A stretch of DNA of 64,000 nt, from contig CAWIGM010000003.1 of assembly GCA_963835725.1 (NCBI GenBank), forward strand, positions 116,487-180,486, read 5' to 3'. A program made the position numbers and the translations under genes. Origin of the DNA: an uncultured Acidobacteriaceae bacterium (lineage in GTDB: Bacteria > Acidobacteriota > Terriglobia > Terriglobales > Acidobacteriaceae). The notes under the pieces are model-generated. The model did not search any database. It saw nothing but the letters and a program-made list of their open reading frames with translations, and had not been told where the DNA came from. This document shows, one piece after another, positions 35,062-43,573 of this stretch; the stretch's first letter is position 1, and each line of letters begins with the position of its first letter.

Positions 35062-36084
35062 TTAGTCGACAGGGCTCCAGCTACTGTCGGGGTTGTACTC
35101 CGTCATCGAACTCGCAATTTTCGCCGTGTCAGGGCCAAGATCCTTTTCGTACACCATGCCGTCCTGGTTAACCATGAACGTCACCACGCCGGAGTTGCGG
35201 TAATCGGAGGGATAAGCGACGAACGCGAATCCCTTGGTGAGTTGGCCATTGACCATGTAGTCGCGCGCACCGCCCTTTGCGGCCGTTCCCTGCTTGGTCA
35301 GTATCCGGTAGTAATAACCGTGATATGGGTCCGCTTTGCCCTGCTGCATGTTGTAGCCCTCGCCCGCCGCTGAGACAAGGAGCGGTCCGATAGGGCTGGG
35401 CGTTTCATTGTCGGTGGTCTTCCAATACAAGCCATCTTGCTTGCCATCGCTGCTGATGAACTTCGCGGCGTAATGCTTCGCCTTGCCGCCATCATGCGTC
35501 TCGGCCATGTAATCGCGCTGGGCATCGACCAGGGATTGCAGAATGTCGATGGCATCGTTCTCGTTGCGCCCAATGCGGCGGTACAGGATCTCCTTCTTGC
35601 CGCTCTCGGTGTCAAAATACCAGGCGCCGCCGTTATTCTTCACGATGGAAATGGGAAACGGCCAGTTGTCCGCTCCGACGTAGAGCGTCACCGACCCATC
35701 GGGTTCCATAACCACGCGGTGCATCTGGTCATAACGCTTCACGAAGTCGGTACGCATATTCTCGTCGGCGACCTTGTCTCCGGTATGGAGAATGTCGGCG
35801 GCGTTGGCGCCGAAGATCGCGTCAGCCGCTTGGCTGTCATTCGCCTTCGCAGCGTTATACAGGGCAAGAACCGCGTCGCCCGGAGAGGCGAAGGTCTTTT
35901 CATTTCCCTGCTGCGCGAAACACATCGCCGCGCCACAGATCATCACAGCCATTAGGGCAACCGCCGCTAGCCTGCCTACCGAAACCGGCATCGCTGGACG
36001 GGACGCCATTGAACTTTGCAGTGCGCCTTGCATGATCGTCTTCTCCTGCCCGCATGGATTCATTTGCACGTCCAGCCCCATCAT
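35062..36084 (-). CDS. DUF2950 domain-containing secreted protein
   Basis: 340-aa ORF with DNWPFPI, GAWYFD, GKKEILYRRIGRNE, YHGYYYRIL and GFAFVAYP..Y..SGV.TF, characteristic of DUF2950. The start forms an ATGA overlap with the upstream DUF3300 stop. Confidence 0.8.
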   Translation of the reverse strand: MMGLDVQMNPCGQEKTIMQGALQSSMASRPAMPVSVGRLAAVALMAVMICGAAMCFAQQGNEKTFASPGDAVLALYNAAKANDSQAADAIFGANAADILHTGDKVADENMRTDFVKRYDQMHRVVMEPDGSVTLYVGADNWPFPISIVKNNGGAWYFDTESGKKEILYRRIGRNENDAIDILQSLVDAQRDYMAETHDGGKAKHYAAKFISSDGKQDGLYWKTTDNETPSPIGPLLVSAAGEGYNMQQGKADPYHGYYYRILTKQGTAAKGGARDYMVNGQLTKGFAFVAYPSDYRNSGVVTFMVNQDGMVYEKDLGPDTAKIASSMTEYNPDSSWSPVD

Positions 36085-37670
36085 CGGCGTCCTCCCCCGC
36101 GGCGTTCGCCGCCGCCACCACGGTTGCCGCCTCCCATGTTGCCGCCTCCCCGATTCGCGGACGCCGCATTCGCTCGCCCGCCCTGCAGGCTTTGCTGTCC
36201 GCGAGCGCTGTTCGCGCGTGCATTGCCGCCCTGCTGGTAATCGCCAAAGGCATTTGAGCCGGAGCCTCGCGTCGGCTGCTGACCGTAGCCGCGCGCTCCA
36301 TCGTTGCGCAAGTTCTGATTGTTATTGGCGGCACGATTCTGGTTCTGGCCGAGGTTCTGCCGGTTCTGTGCGCCCTGGTTTTGCTGACCGCGATTCTGGT
36401 TGAAGTTTGGCTGCTGCCCGCGGTTCTGCTGTCCCCCGCCCAGATTCTGGCGATTGTTTTGCGCCAGATTGCTGTTCTGGTACTTCGGTGAATCGAGCTT
36501 CTGGTTGAAATGGGGCTCGGAATAGCTGCCGCTCTTGAAGTTGTTGGTCCGATTATTAGCGTTGAGGTTGTTGCGATTCAGGTTGTTCGCGTTGAGGTTG
36601 TTCCGGTTGACGTTGTTAACGTTCACATTGTTGCGATTGAAGTTGTTTACGTTAGCGTTATTCCGGTTGTAGTAGTTGTTGCGATTGACGAAGGTGTTCG
36701 AGTTGGAGATGTACGTATTGTGGTTGTAGACCACGGTATTGTTGTGCCAGCCGCATCCCCATGAGTTCCACCCCCAGCCACAACATCCGCCGCCACCGCT
36801 GATGGCCGCGCCCACCGCGATCCCTACGCCGAACGAGATTAAGCTGGTCGCTACCATCGCTCCAGTCGAGTATCCGGGATACACCGCTACCGGCGCGCCA
36901 TAGACGACGGTCGGATTGTAGGTCGGAACGTACACGACATCCGGCTGCGCCGGCTGGATGACGATGGTCTGCGCCGGAGGCTGCACGATCACGGTCTGCT
37001 GTGGTGGCGGAGCGTTCGGATCATCGGCCGGCGGAGGAGGCGGCGGCGCCTGCCCCGGAGGCTGGCTCTGTACCGATACCGTCTGCTGCTGCGTGCTCTT
37101 GAGATTACCCGACTGCTGTGCTCGGCCACGCATGACCTGCACGGCATTCATCACGCTTGAGGGATAGTTGTAATACGCGTCCCCCAGAGCCGACGTCCAC
37201 GAAAGATTAGTCGCCATCTGGTTGAGCACGTCGGGAAACTGCGTAATCCCTTTGACGCTGGGATCCCATGACTGCCCGTTCACGGCATCCAACAGCTGCT
37301 GGCCTTTCAAGCTCGAATTCTGCTGCATCCATGTGTACGCCGCACTGACCTCGTTGGGATAAGTGGAGGCGGCAAGAACCTGCGCCACGAGGTTATCCGG
37401 GAAAAGCGCGATCGGTGCGACCAGTTGGTAGAGCTGGTCCGCGGTCGGCACTGCTGCCTGCGTTGCCGGCGCCTGCCCCTGTTGACCTTGCTGCGCCTGG
37501 CCGGCCTGCCCCTGCTCCGACTTCTTACAGCCATCGAGGCCCAGGACACCGAAGGTAAGACTTGCGCTGAGTATGACCGAGAGCGACTGCCTGCCGACTG
37601 ACTTCCAATCAACGGACTTACGCGCAGAAGAAATAAACGTGGACAGACGGAAACTATTGGGGATGCACAT
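36081..37670 (-). CDS. DUF3300 domain-containing protein with a ~220-aa Asn/Gln/Gly/Arg-rich C-terminal tail
   Basis: GGGAGGTGG SD before the ATG at 37670. Lipoprotein-like LGLDGC. DUF3300 core LVAPIALFPDNLVAQVLAASTYP...DPSVK....FP.VL. Tail repeats of NRNNxNxNN type and GGGNMGGGNRGGGGERRGGGRR. Confidence 0.8.
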   Translation of the reverse strand: MCIPNSFRLSTFISSARKSVDWKSVGRQSLSVILSASLTFGVLGLDGCKKSEQGQAGQAQQGQQGQAPATQAAVPTADQLYQLVAPIALFPDNLVAQVLAASTYPNEVSAAYTWMQQNSSLKGQQLLDAVNGQSWDPSVKGITQFPDVLNQMATNLSWTSALGDAYYNYPSSVMNAVQVMRGRAQQSGNLKSTQQQTVSVQSQPPGQAPPPPPPADDPNAPPPQQTVIVQPPAQTIVIQPAQPDVVYVPTYNPTVVYGAPVAVYPGYSTGAMVATSLISFGVGIAVGAAISGGGGCCGWGWNSWGCGWHNNTVVYNHNTYISNSNTFVNRNNYYNRNNANVNNFNRNNVNVNNVNRNNLNANNLNRNNLNANNRTNNFKSGSYSEPHFNQKLDSPKYQNSNLAQNNRQNLGGGQQNRGQQPNFNQNRGQQNQGAQNRQNLGQNQNRAANNNQNLRNDGARGYGQQPTRGSGSNAFGDYQQGGNARANSARGQQSLQGGRANAASANRGGGNMGGGNRGGGGERRGGGRR

Positions 37671-37899
37671 ATGCCACCTCCCTGGACCTGATTCGCAAGG
37701 ATTACGCTCTCCGGCCCTCCGAAGCGCGCACACACGATTTAAGGGTGAACGGGCATCAGAATACACAGTTTCTGACAAGGTGAAAAGAATTTACTTACAC
37801 GTCGCTGCCACATTGCAGGACTTCACCTGTGCGATGCTCTTATCTTTTTCTCGGCGGAAGCGCAGAACGAGATCAATTTGTCGGCGGAAGAATGGACTC

Positions 37900-38949
37900 T
37901 TACGCTGTGGGATTGAAGAGACGAATCAGCCAGAATGTCGCCATTGCCACAACAGCCGACGCCGGAATCGTAAGCACCCAGGCCCACACAATACGTGCCG
38001 CGATGCCCCAGCGAACCGCCGACAAGCGGCTGGTGGTACCGACACCTACGATAGCCCCGGTGATGGTGTGCGTGGTGCTGACAGGAATGCCGGCAAGCGC
38101 AGTGCCGAATAGTGTGATCGCACCCGCTGTCTCAGCACAGAATCCCCCGACGGGCTTCAGCTTGGTAATCTTCGAACCCATCGTGTGTACGATTCGCCAT
38201 CCGCCGAAATAAGTACCGAGAGCAATCGCCGCGTTAGCTGCCAGGATGATCGGCCAGTGCCACTTTCCCCAGTTCGCAGCAAAGTCATGGGCGTTCATAA
38301 CACCCGCGGTATAGAGCGCGCCGGCCACGATGCCCATAGTTTTTTGCGCGTCATTGCCGCCATGTCCCAGGCTGTAAAAGGCGGCGGAAACCAACTGGAG
38401 TTTGCGAAAGAGAGTGTCGACCTGGCGAGGCGATTTTCGCCGAAAGATCCACGAGATCGCCACCATGAACCCAAACCCCAGCGCCATTCCCATTACGGGA
38501 GCAACCACGATAAAGATCAGGGTCTTGGTCCATCCCGACGCGATGATGACTCCCGGGGCGCTCCTCCATCCATGCAAAATGGCCGCTCGTGCCATCGCCG
38601 CTCCGGCGTAACCGCCGATCAGAGCATGAGAAGACGAGGTGGGTAGGCCCCACAACCAAGTCAGCACGTCCCAGACAATCGCACCCATTAAGCCGGCAAG
38701 GACAACGTACTGGGTCACGATGTTGAGGTCGACCATTCCTTTGCCGATGGTTTTGGCCACAGCCGTACCCAATAGAAAGGCAGCAAGGAAGTTGAACCCG
38801 GCGGCCCAGACGACCGCCAAGCGCGGCGAAAGCACGCGGGTGGAAACCACGGTCGCGATGCTGTTCGCCGCATCGTGAAACCCGTTGAGAAAATCGAAGA
38901 TCAGCGCGGTGAGTACCGTTACACCGAGCAGGATCATGCCCGCGTTCAC
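37900..38949 (-). CDS. Inorganic phosphate transporter, PiT family
   Basis: FDFLNGFHDAANSIAT near the N-terminus and SLGHGGNDAQKTMG mid-protein are the duplicated PHO4 motifs. Confidence 0.85.
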   Translation of the reverse strand: MNAGMILLGVTVLTALIFDFLNGFHDAANSIATVVSTRVLSPRLAVVWAAGFNFLAAFLLGTAVAKTIGKGMVDLNIVTQYVVLAGLMGAIVWDVLTWLWGLPTSSSHALIGGYAGAAMARAAILHGWRSAPGVIIASGWTKTLIFIVVAPVMGMALGFGFMVAISWIFRRKSPRQVDTLFRKLQLVSAAFYSLGHGGNDAQKTMGIVAGALYTAGVMNAHDFAANWGKWHWPIILAANAAIALGTYFGGWRIVHTMGSKITKLKPVGGFCAETAGAITLFGTALAGIPVSTTHTITGAIVGVGTTSRLSAVRWGIAARIVWAWVLTIPASAVVAMATFWLIRLFNPTA

Positions 38950-38998
38950 GAGCGCACAACCTGATCTGGATTTTGTAGGTAACGCACGCTCTCAAGCC

Positions 38999-39619
38999 TC
39001 AACCGTTCTTCAGAACCACTGTCTCAAGTACGTTGGCGACATCTTCCGCTTTGTCCGTCGCGGTTTCGAGAATCTCAAGTAGCTCTTTCAGCTTGATGAG
39101 CGTGATGGGATCGTAATCTCCGTCAAAGAGCCGTCCGATCGCCTCTCGGCTTACCTGGTCGGCTTCGTTCTCCAGACGGTTCACCTCGACACAGTGCTCC
39201 AGCAGCTTGCCGTTCTTGTTCAGCAGAGCGACTGCCTTGCCGAGTTCCTCAGTTTGCTTCAGAACGATTGCAGCCAGGATCCTCGCCGACGGAGACGGTT
39301 TCGTGATCTTGTACGTGAGCAGGCGGTCGCTCGCTCCATTAATAAAATCCAGAACATCATCGAGCGACGAAGTAAGGAGATGGATGTCTTCGCGATCAAA
39401 GGGAGTAATAAATGTCTGATTGAGCTTGATGAGAATGCGGTGCGTCATCTCGTCGCCGTGATGTTCGATTTCTTTGATCTTTTCTACGACGGATGGCAGG
39501 CGCTCGTAATCGTAATTATGTAGACAATCGGAAAGGACCCTGGCTCCTTCCACCAGATTGTCAGCGACTTCTGAGAACATATCGAAGAACTTGGTCTCAC
39601 GTGGGATCAGGCGCACCAT
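38999..39619 (-). CDS. DUF47 (PhoU-like, TIGR00153) protein paired with PiT
   Basis: MVRLIPRETKFFDMF...EHHGDE...ENEADQ. Conserved pairing upstream of PiT transporters. I prefer the ATG at 39619 to the TTG at 39622. Confidence 0.8.
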   Translation of the reverse strand: MVRLIPRETKFFDMFSEVADNLVEGARVLSDCLHNYDYERLPSVVEKIKEIEHHGDEMTHRILIKLNQTFITPFDREDIHLLTSSLDDVLDFINGASDRLLTYKITKPSPSARILAAIVLKQTEELGKAVALLNKNGKLLEHCVEVNRLENEADQVSREAIGRLFDGDYDPITLIKLKELLEILETATDKAEDVANVLETVVLKNG

Positions 39620-39978
39620 CAACGGGCTCCATTGGCTGACTTAACTGTCGGGAGATCCATGCAGTGTGAACGTTCGATTACAGGAATGTTGCAATTTGAT
39701 GAACAGCGTAAGTCTCGCATGCGGGGCCAAGCAGGGTCAAACCCAAGCCGCAGGTCGTTGAAAATCAACAGCAGCTTTCGTGGGTTCCAAATCGGAATTG
39801 AATGGCGGGCGGATGGGCAGTGCAACTCCTCTTAAAGAGCATATGCCACAATGTGGCATATCAAATTTTCGCGAAGATTTGCCGGAAGATTTTCGTTTAG
39901 AAGGCTGGGCGGAGCTGCGCAGCATCAGCATTCACTTAGGCGATGCGTGGATTTGCGCCGCCCCGTCCAGCCACAACC

Positions 39979-40464
39979 TCAAACCGTCGCGTGCGCTGCG
40001 TGAGCCGAAGAGAAGTCCATCACTTCCGGTTTCACCAGGCGTTCAAAATCGCGATACGACATCTTGATCAGTTCGAAATGTGAGCCGGCGTTGAACGCAA
40101 TCTCGCGATCCAGTGTCAGCGTCTCGTCGACATACACCGGAATGCCGTATAGGTTTCCGAACGGAGGCATCGCCCCGGTTTCGCAATCCGGAAAGTGCTG
40201 TTTGAATTCGCGTTCGGTCGCCAGCTCGGCAGCACTTACTCCCGTTCTCTCCCTCAGCTGCTCGAGATCAACCTGATAGGAGGCGGGCAAGACAGCCATT
40301 GCCAGATCGCCGTCGAGCTTGACGACCACGGTCTTGGCCAGTTCCTTGCCGGAGATGTGGGCGATGGCAGCAATACCCTGTGCCGTGTAAGCCTTGGAGT
40401 GCGATATTACGACGTACTTTGTGCCGTGAGCATCGAGGAATGCCCTAACTTTGTTGAGTGGCAT
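39979..40464 (-). CDS. YbaK/EbsC-like aminoacyl-tRNA editing (deacylase) domain protein
   Basis: 161-aa ORF. The KTVVVKLDG..AMAVLPA...D...L and PPFGNLYG.PVYVD pattern fits the YbaK/ProX-type domain. Confidence 0.65.
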   Translation of the reverse strand: MPLNKVRAFLDAHGTKYVVISHSKAYTAQGIAAIAHISGKELAKTVVVKLDGDLAMAVLPASYQVDLEQLRERTGVSAAELATEREFKQHFPDCETGAMPPFGNLYGIPVYVDETLTLDREIAFNAGSHFELIKMSYRDFERLVKPEVMDFSSAHAAHATV

Positions 40465-40630
40465 GGCAGGCCTCCCGAAGGGTTGTGCGGACCAGCGATC
40501 CGCGGTTACATCCCACTCCAGACGAGACGGCGCTCGCGGCTCTGTTAAGCGCAGAGCCTTTCAACACCACTCCGATTGTTCCGGAAATCCGCAATCCGCT
40601 TGCGGGCTCGTCGAAGAGAAACTTCAGCAT
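40445..40630 (-). CDS. Possible 61-aa small protein overlapping the ybaK-like start
   Basis: AAGGAGG lies 8 nt upstream of the ATG at 40630. The ORF ends 20 nt inside the ybaK-like gene. No family recognised and codon bias is not decisive. Confidence 0.25.
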   Translation of the reverse strand: MLKFLFDEPASGLRISGTIGVVLKGSALNRAASAVSSGVGCNRGSLVRTTLREACHATQQS

Positions 40631-40772
40631 CCAGGCTACCTCCTTACGGTCAGGCAACCTCAATTGGCCTCAGTCTAACCCTTACAGAAAAGCGCGCAAG
40701 CGCAGGCGTCACATGATGAATGTGATGAGTGGCCGGTTGTGGCACAACGGTCGCGAAGGCATGGACGGGAAC

Positions 40773-41453
40773 TTAAACGACAGTCGATCGCACGGGATCG
40801 AGTTGAACATCCCTGCCGGGCGGCTGGACGTTCCCCTCGCGCTGCAGGGAATCCATGGTCGCGAGTACTGTGCTGGTGACGTGCTCGATGCCGCCATCGG
40901 AGTTCAGCATAAGGTGATACAGCCTGCGGCACGGCCACTCGGCATTGAAGTACTTGCGAACGAAGGCTGCCCGTTCCTTGTCGATGGTGTCGACCATATC
41001 GATGGCATCCTTCTCTCGCATCTTCAGTTTCACCAGGCGCTCGATTTTCTTCTCCCGCGAGCCATAAACGAAAACGTGGAATGCGTCCGGACGTGCCCGC
41101 AAAATATACGGGGCGCCGCGTCCGACGATGACGCAGTTTCCTTCTTCGGCTTTCCGATCAATGACGCGATGCGCAAGTTCCACCAGCTCGTCTGCATCGA
41201 AAATCTTGTCGTCGCCAATGGGGAGCGAGCGCTCATAACTTCCCCGCCAGAAGACTTTGGCGAGACGGTGGAGGAGAGGATCACATTTCTCCTCGCGGCA
41301 GGCGACGGCGCTCTCTTCCACGGAGGCGATTCTGGCGATCTCGCAGGTGAGCTGCTGATCGAGCAATTGCCAGCCCTTGCGCCGTGCCAACTCGGCAGCA
41401 ACCAGGCTTCCTCCGGCGCCGTACTCCCGCTCAATGGTGATGATTCGGAACAC
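40773..41453 (-). CDS. Cytidylate kinase-like family protein (Cytidylate_kin2 / AAA-like)
   Basis: GGAGGTG SD then a GTG start. N-terminus IITIEREYGAGG and VIVGRGA are typical of this family. Confidence 0.65.
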   Translation of the reverse strand: MFRIITIEREYGAGGSLVAAELARRKGWQLLDQQLTCEIARIASVEESAVACREEKCDPLLHRLAKVFWRGSYERSLPIGDDKIFDADELVELAHRVIDRKAEEGNCVIVGRGAPYILRARPDAFHVFVYGSREKKIERLVKLKMREKDAIDMVDTIDKERAAFVRKYFNAEWPCRRLYHLMLNSDGGIEHVTSTVLATMDSLQREGNVQPPGRDVQLDPVRSTVV

Positions 41454-41820
41454 CCCTCACCTCCAAAAGTTCCTGCTCTGCATAATACTCCGCTTGCCTA
41501 GAACTGATGATAATGCGGGCTCAGTCCGTTGCCCAGCGCAGCACAAAGCCCGGCTTATCCCGAACGAGGAGAACAACTTGTTAACCACGAGTCGAACTCC
41601 AACCTGCAACGGCCCTTCCGATAATCGAAACTAATACGCCACATAAATAGTTTGAATTTCCTATTCTGCGCGAAAGCATATATCACCTTCAACAAGGCAC
41701 TTGGATCCGCCTCGCGGCAGATCAAGGCCGGCACGCTCTCACCCGGGGACGCGGAGTTTTGCCCAGGCGATCCTCACTCGTCGCAGTTCAACGGTTTGAC
41801 ATTTTCATTGGGAGTTTTGC

Positions 41821-43224
41821 ATGCGGTTGGTTCACAAGCTTCTGCCGTTTGCATTGGTGTTGGTGTTTGCCGGATCGTTAGCAGCCCAGACCCCGGCGTC
41901 GAGCCCGCCGACAATCGCGCAGTTGCAGCAGCAGATTGCCGATGCCAAGGGCTCGGCCGATAACGCCTGGATGCTGATGTGCTCCGCGCTTGTGCTGCTG
42001 ATGACCGGACCTGGCCTGGCACTCTTCTACGGCGGACTGGTGCGTAAGAAGAATGTTCTTGCGACCATGATGCAATCGTTCGCCATGATGGCCTTGATCA
42101 CTGTCGTGTGGGCAATCATCGGTTACAGCCTCTGCTTCGGCTCGGGCAACGGTTTCATCGGCGGACTGGAGCACGCCTTTCTGCACTCGGTCGGCGCAGC
42201 GCCTGACGCGGATTACGCCGGCACCATTCCGCAGCAGACATTCATGATCTACCAGCTGATGTTCGCCATCATCACTCCGGCTCTTATCTGCGGCGCCTTT
42301 GCCGAGCGCATGAAGTTCAGCGCGATGTTGCTGTTCATGGCGTTGTGGTCGCTGCTGGTGTACGCGCCAATGGCGCATATGGTTTGGGGCAAGGGCGGTC
42401 TGCTGAATGCCGCGCTGGGCGGCCGATTCCCTACTCTCGATTTCGCCGGAGGGACCGTCGTACACATCACTTCGGGAGTCTCGGCGCTGGTTTGCGCTTT
42501 GTACCTCGGACGCCGCGTTGGTTTTCCGCACGAACCAATGCCACCCCACAGTGTGGTACTTAGCTTTATCGGAGCGTGCCTGCTGTGGGTCGGCTGGTTC
42601 GGATTCAACGCAGGCAGCGCGTTAAGCGCTGGCAGCCTGGCCACCAGCGCCTTCGTCGCCACGCACTTTGCCGCCGCGACCGCCGCGATCGGGTGGGCCG
42701 GCGCCGAATGGATTCGCAACGGCAAGCCCAGCGCACTGGGCGCAATCTCGGGATCGGTGGCTGGATTGGTGGCGATCACTCCTGCAGCCGGTTTCGTCGG
42801 ACCAATGTCGGCGATGATCATTGGCCTGATTGCCGGCGTGTTCTGCTACGCGATGGTGGCGGTCGTCAAAGCAAAGCTTGGTTACGACGATTCGCTCGAC
42901 GCCTTCGGCGTACATGGCGCGGGTGGGACGTTAGGGGCGCTGCTGACCGGAGTCTTCGCCAGTGCAGCGATCAATCCGATGTTCAAAGACGCGCAAGGCC
43001 ACATACTGCCGGTCGGCATGATCGACGGGAATTTCCATCAGATTGGGAATCAGGCGATAGGCGTGCTCATCGCCATCGCGCTGGCGGTCGTCGGTACTTC
43101 TCTGATCTTGTGGGTCGTGAATATTACTATTGGCCTGCGCGTGACGGCGGAGGATGAGGTCCAGGGCCTCGATCTTACGCAGCACGGCGAAGAAGGTTAT
43201 TGCTGGGAAGCATCGATGCCGTAG
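41821..43224 (+). CDS. amtB: Ammonium transporter with signal peptide
   Basis: DNAWMLMCSALVLLMTGPGLALFYGG, DFAGGTVVHITSG and DAFGVHGAGGTLGALLTG are Amt family signatures. Confidence 0.9.
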   Translation: MRLVHKLLPFALVLVFAGSLAAQTPASSPPTIAQLQQQIADAKGSADNAWMLMCSALVLLMTGPGLALFYGGLVRKKNVLATMMQSFAMMALITVVWAIIGYSLCFGSGNGFIGGLEHAFLHSVGAAPDADYAGTIPQQTFMIYQLMFAIITPALICGAFAERMKFSAMLLFMALWSLLVYAPMAHMVWGKGGLLNAALGGRFPTLDFAGGTVVHITSGVSALVCALYLGRRVGFPHEPMPPHSVVLSFIGACLLWVGWFGFNAGSALSAGSLATSAFVATHFAAATAAIGWAGAEWIRNGKPSALGAISGSVAGLVAITPAAGFVGPMSAMIIGLIAGVFCYAMVAVVKAKLGYDDSLDAFGVHGAGGTLGALLTGVFASAAINPMFKDAQGHILPVGMIDGNFHQIGNQAIGVLIAIALAVVGTSLILWVVNITIGLRVTAEDEVQGLDLTQHGEEGYCWEASMP

Positions 43225-43234
43225 GGTCCGAGAC

Positions 43235-43573
43235 ATGACAAAACTGGAAGCGATTGTTCAGCCCGCAAAGTTCGAGGCCGTGAAGGACGCTCTGATCGAG
43301 ATTGGCGTAGAGGGCATGACCGTCATCGAGGTGCGCGGTCATGGCCGGCAAAAGGGTCATACCGAGTTCTATCGCGGACGCGAATACACGGTCGATCTCT
43401 TGCCAAAAGTGAAGATAGAAGCGGTAGTGCCCGACGGCATTGTCGATAAGGCGGTTGCGGCAATCACCAGCGCGGCGCGCTCCGGCAAGATTGGAGACGG
43501 CAAGATCTTCCTTTCGCGCATCGATGATGCAGTTCGCATCCGCAACGACGAACGAGGCGAGAACGCTTTGTGA
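43235..43573 (+). CDS. glnK: Nitrogen regulatory protein P-II
   Basis: MTKLEAIVQPAKFEAVKDAL...GRQKGHTEFYRGREY (T-loop with Tyr)...GDGKIF. Lies immediately after amtB. Confidence 0.9.
   Translation: MTKLEAIVQPAKFEAVKDALIEIGVEGMTVIEVRGHGRQKGHTEFYRGREYTVDLLPKVKIEAVVPDGIVDKAVAAITSAARSGKIGDGKIFLSRIDDAVRIRNDERGENAL

Noticed and set aside
39782-39793. tRNA-like T-loop string GGTTCCAAATC in the 356-nt gap between the ybaK-like and DUF47 genes
   Set aside because: It has an extra base relative to GGTTCRAATCC. No acceptor, D or anticodon stems can be drawn around it on either strand.
41695-41712. Sigma-54-like GGCAC...CGC element upstream of amtB
   Set aside because: The GG-to-GC spacing is off by one, and the -12 element is CCGC rather than TTGC. 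A second candidate (GGGGACGCGGAGTTTTGC) is off by two.
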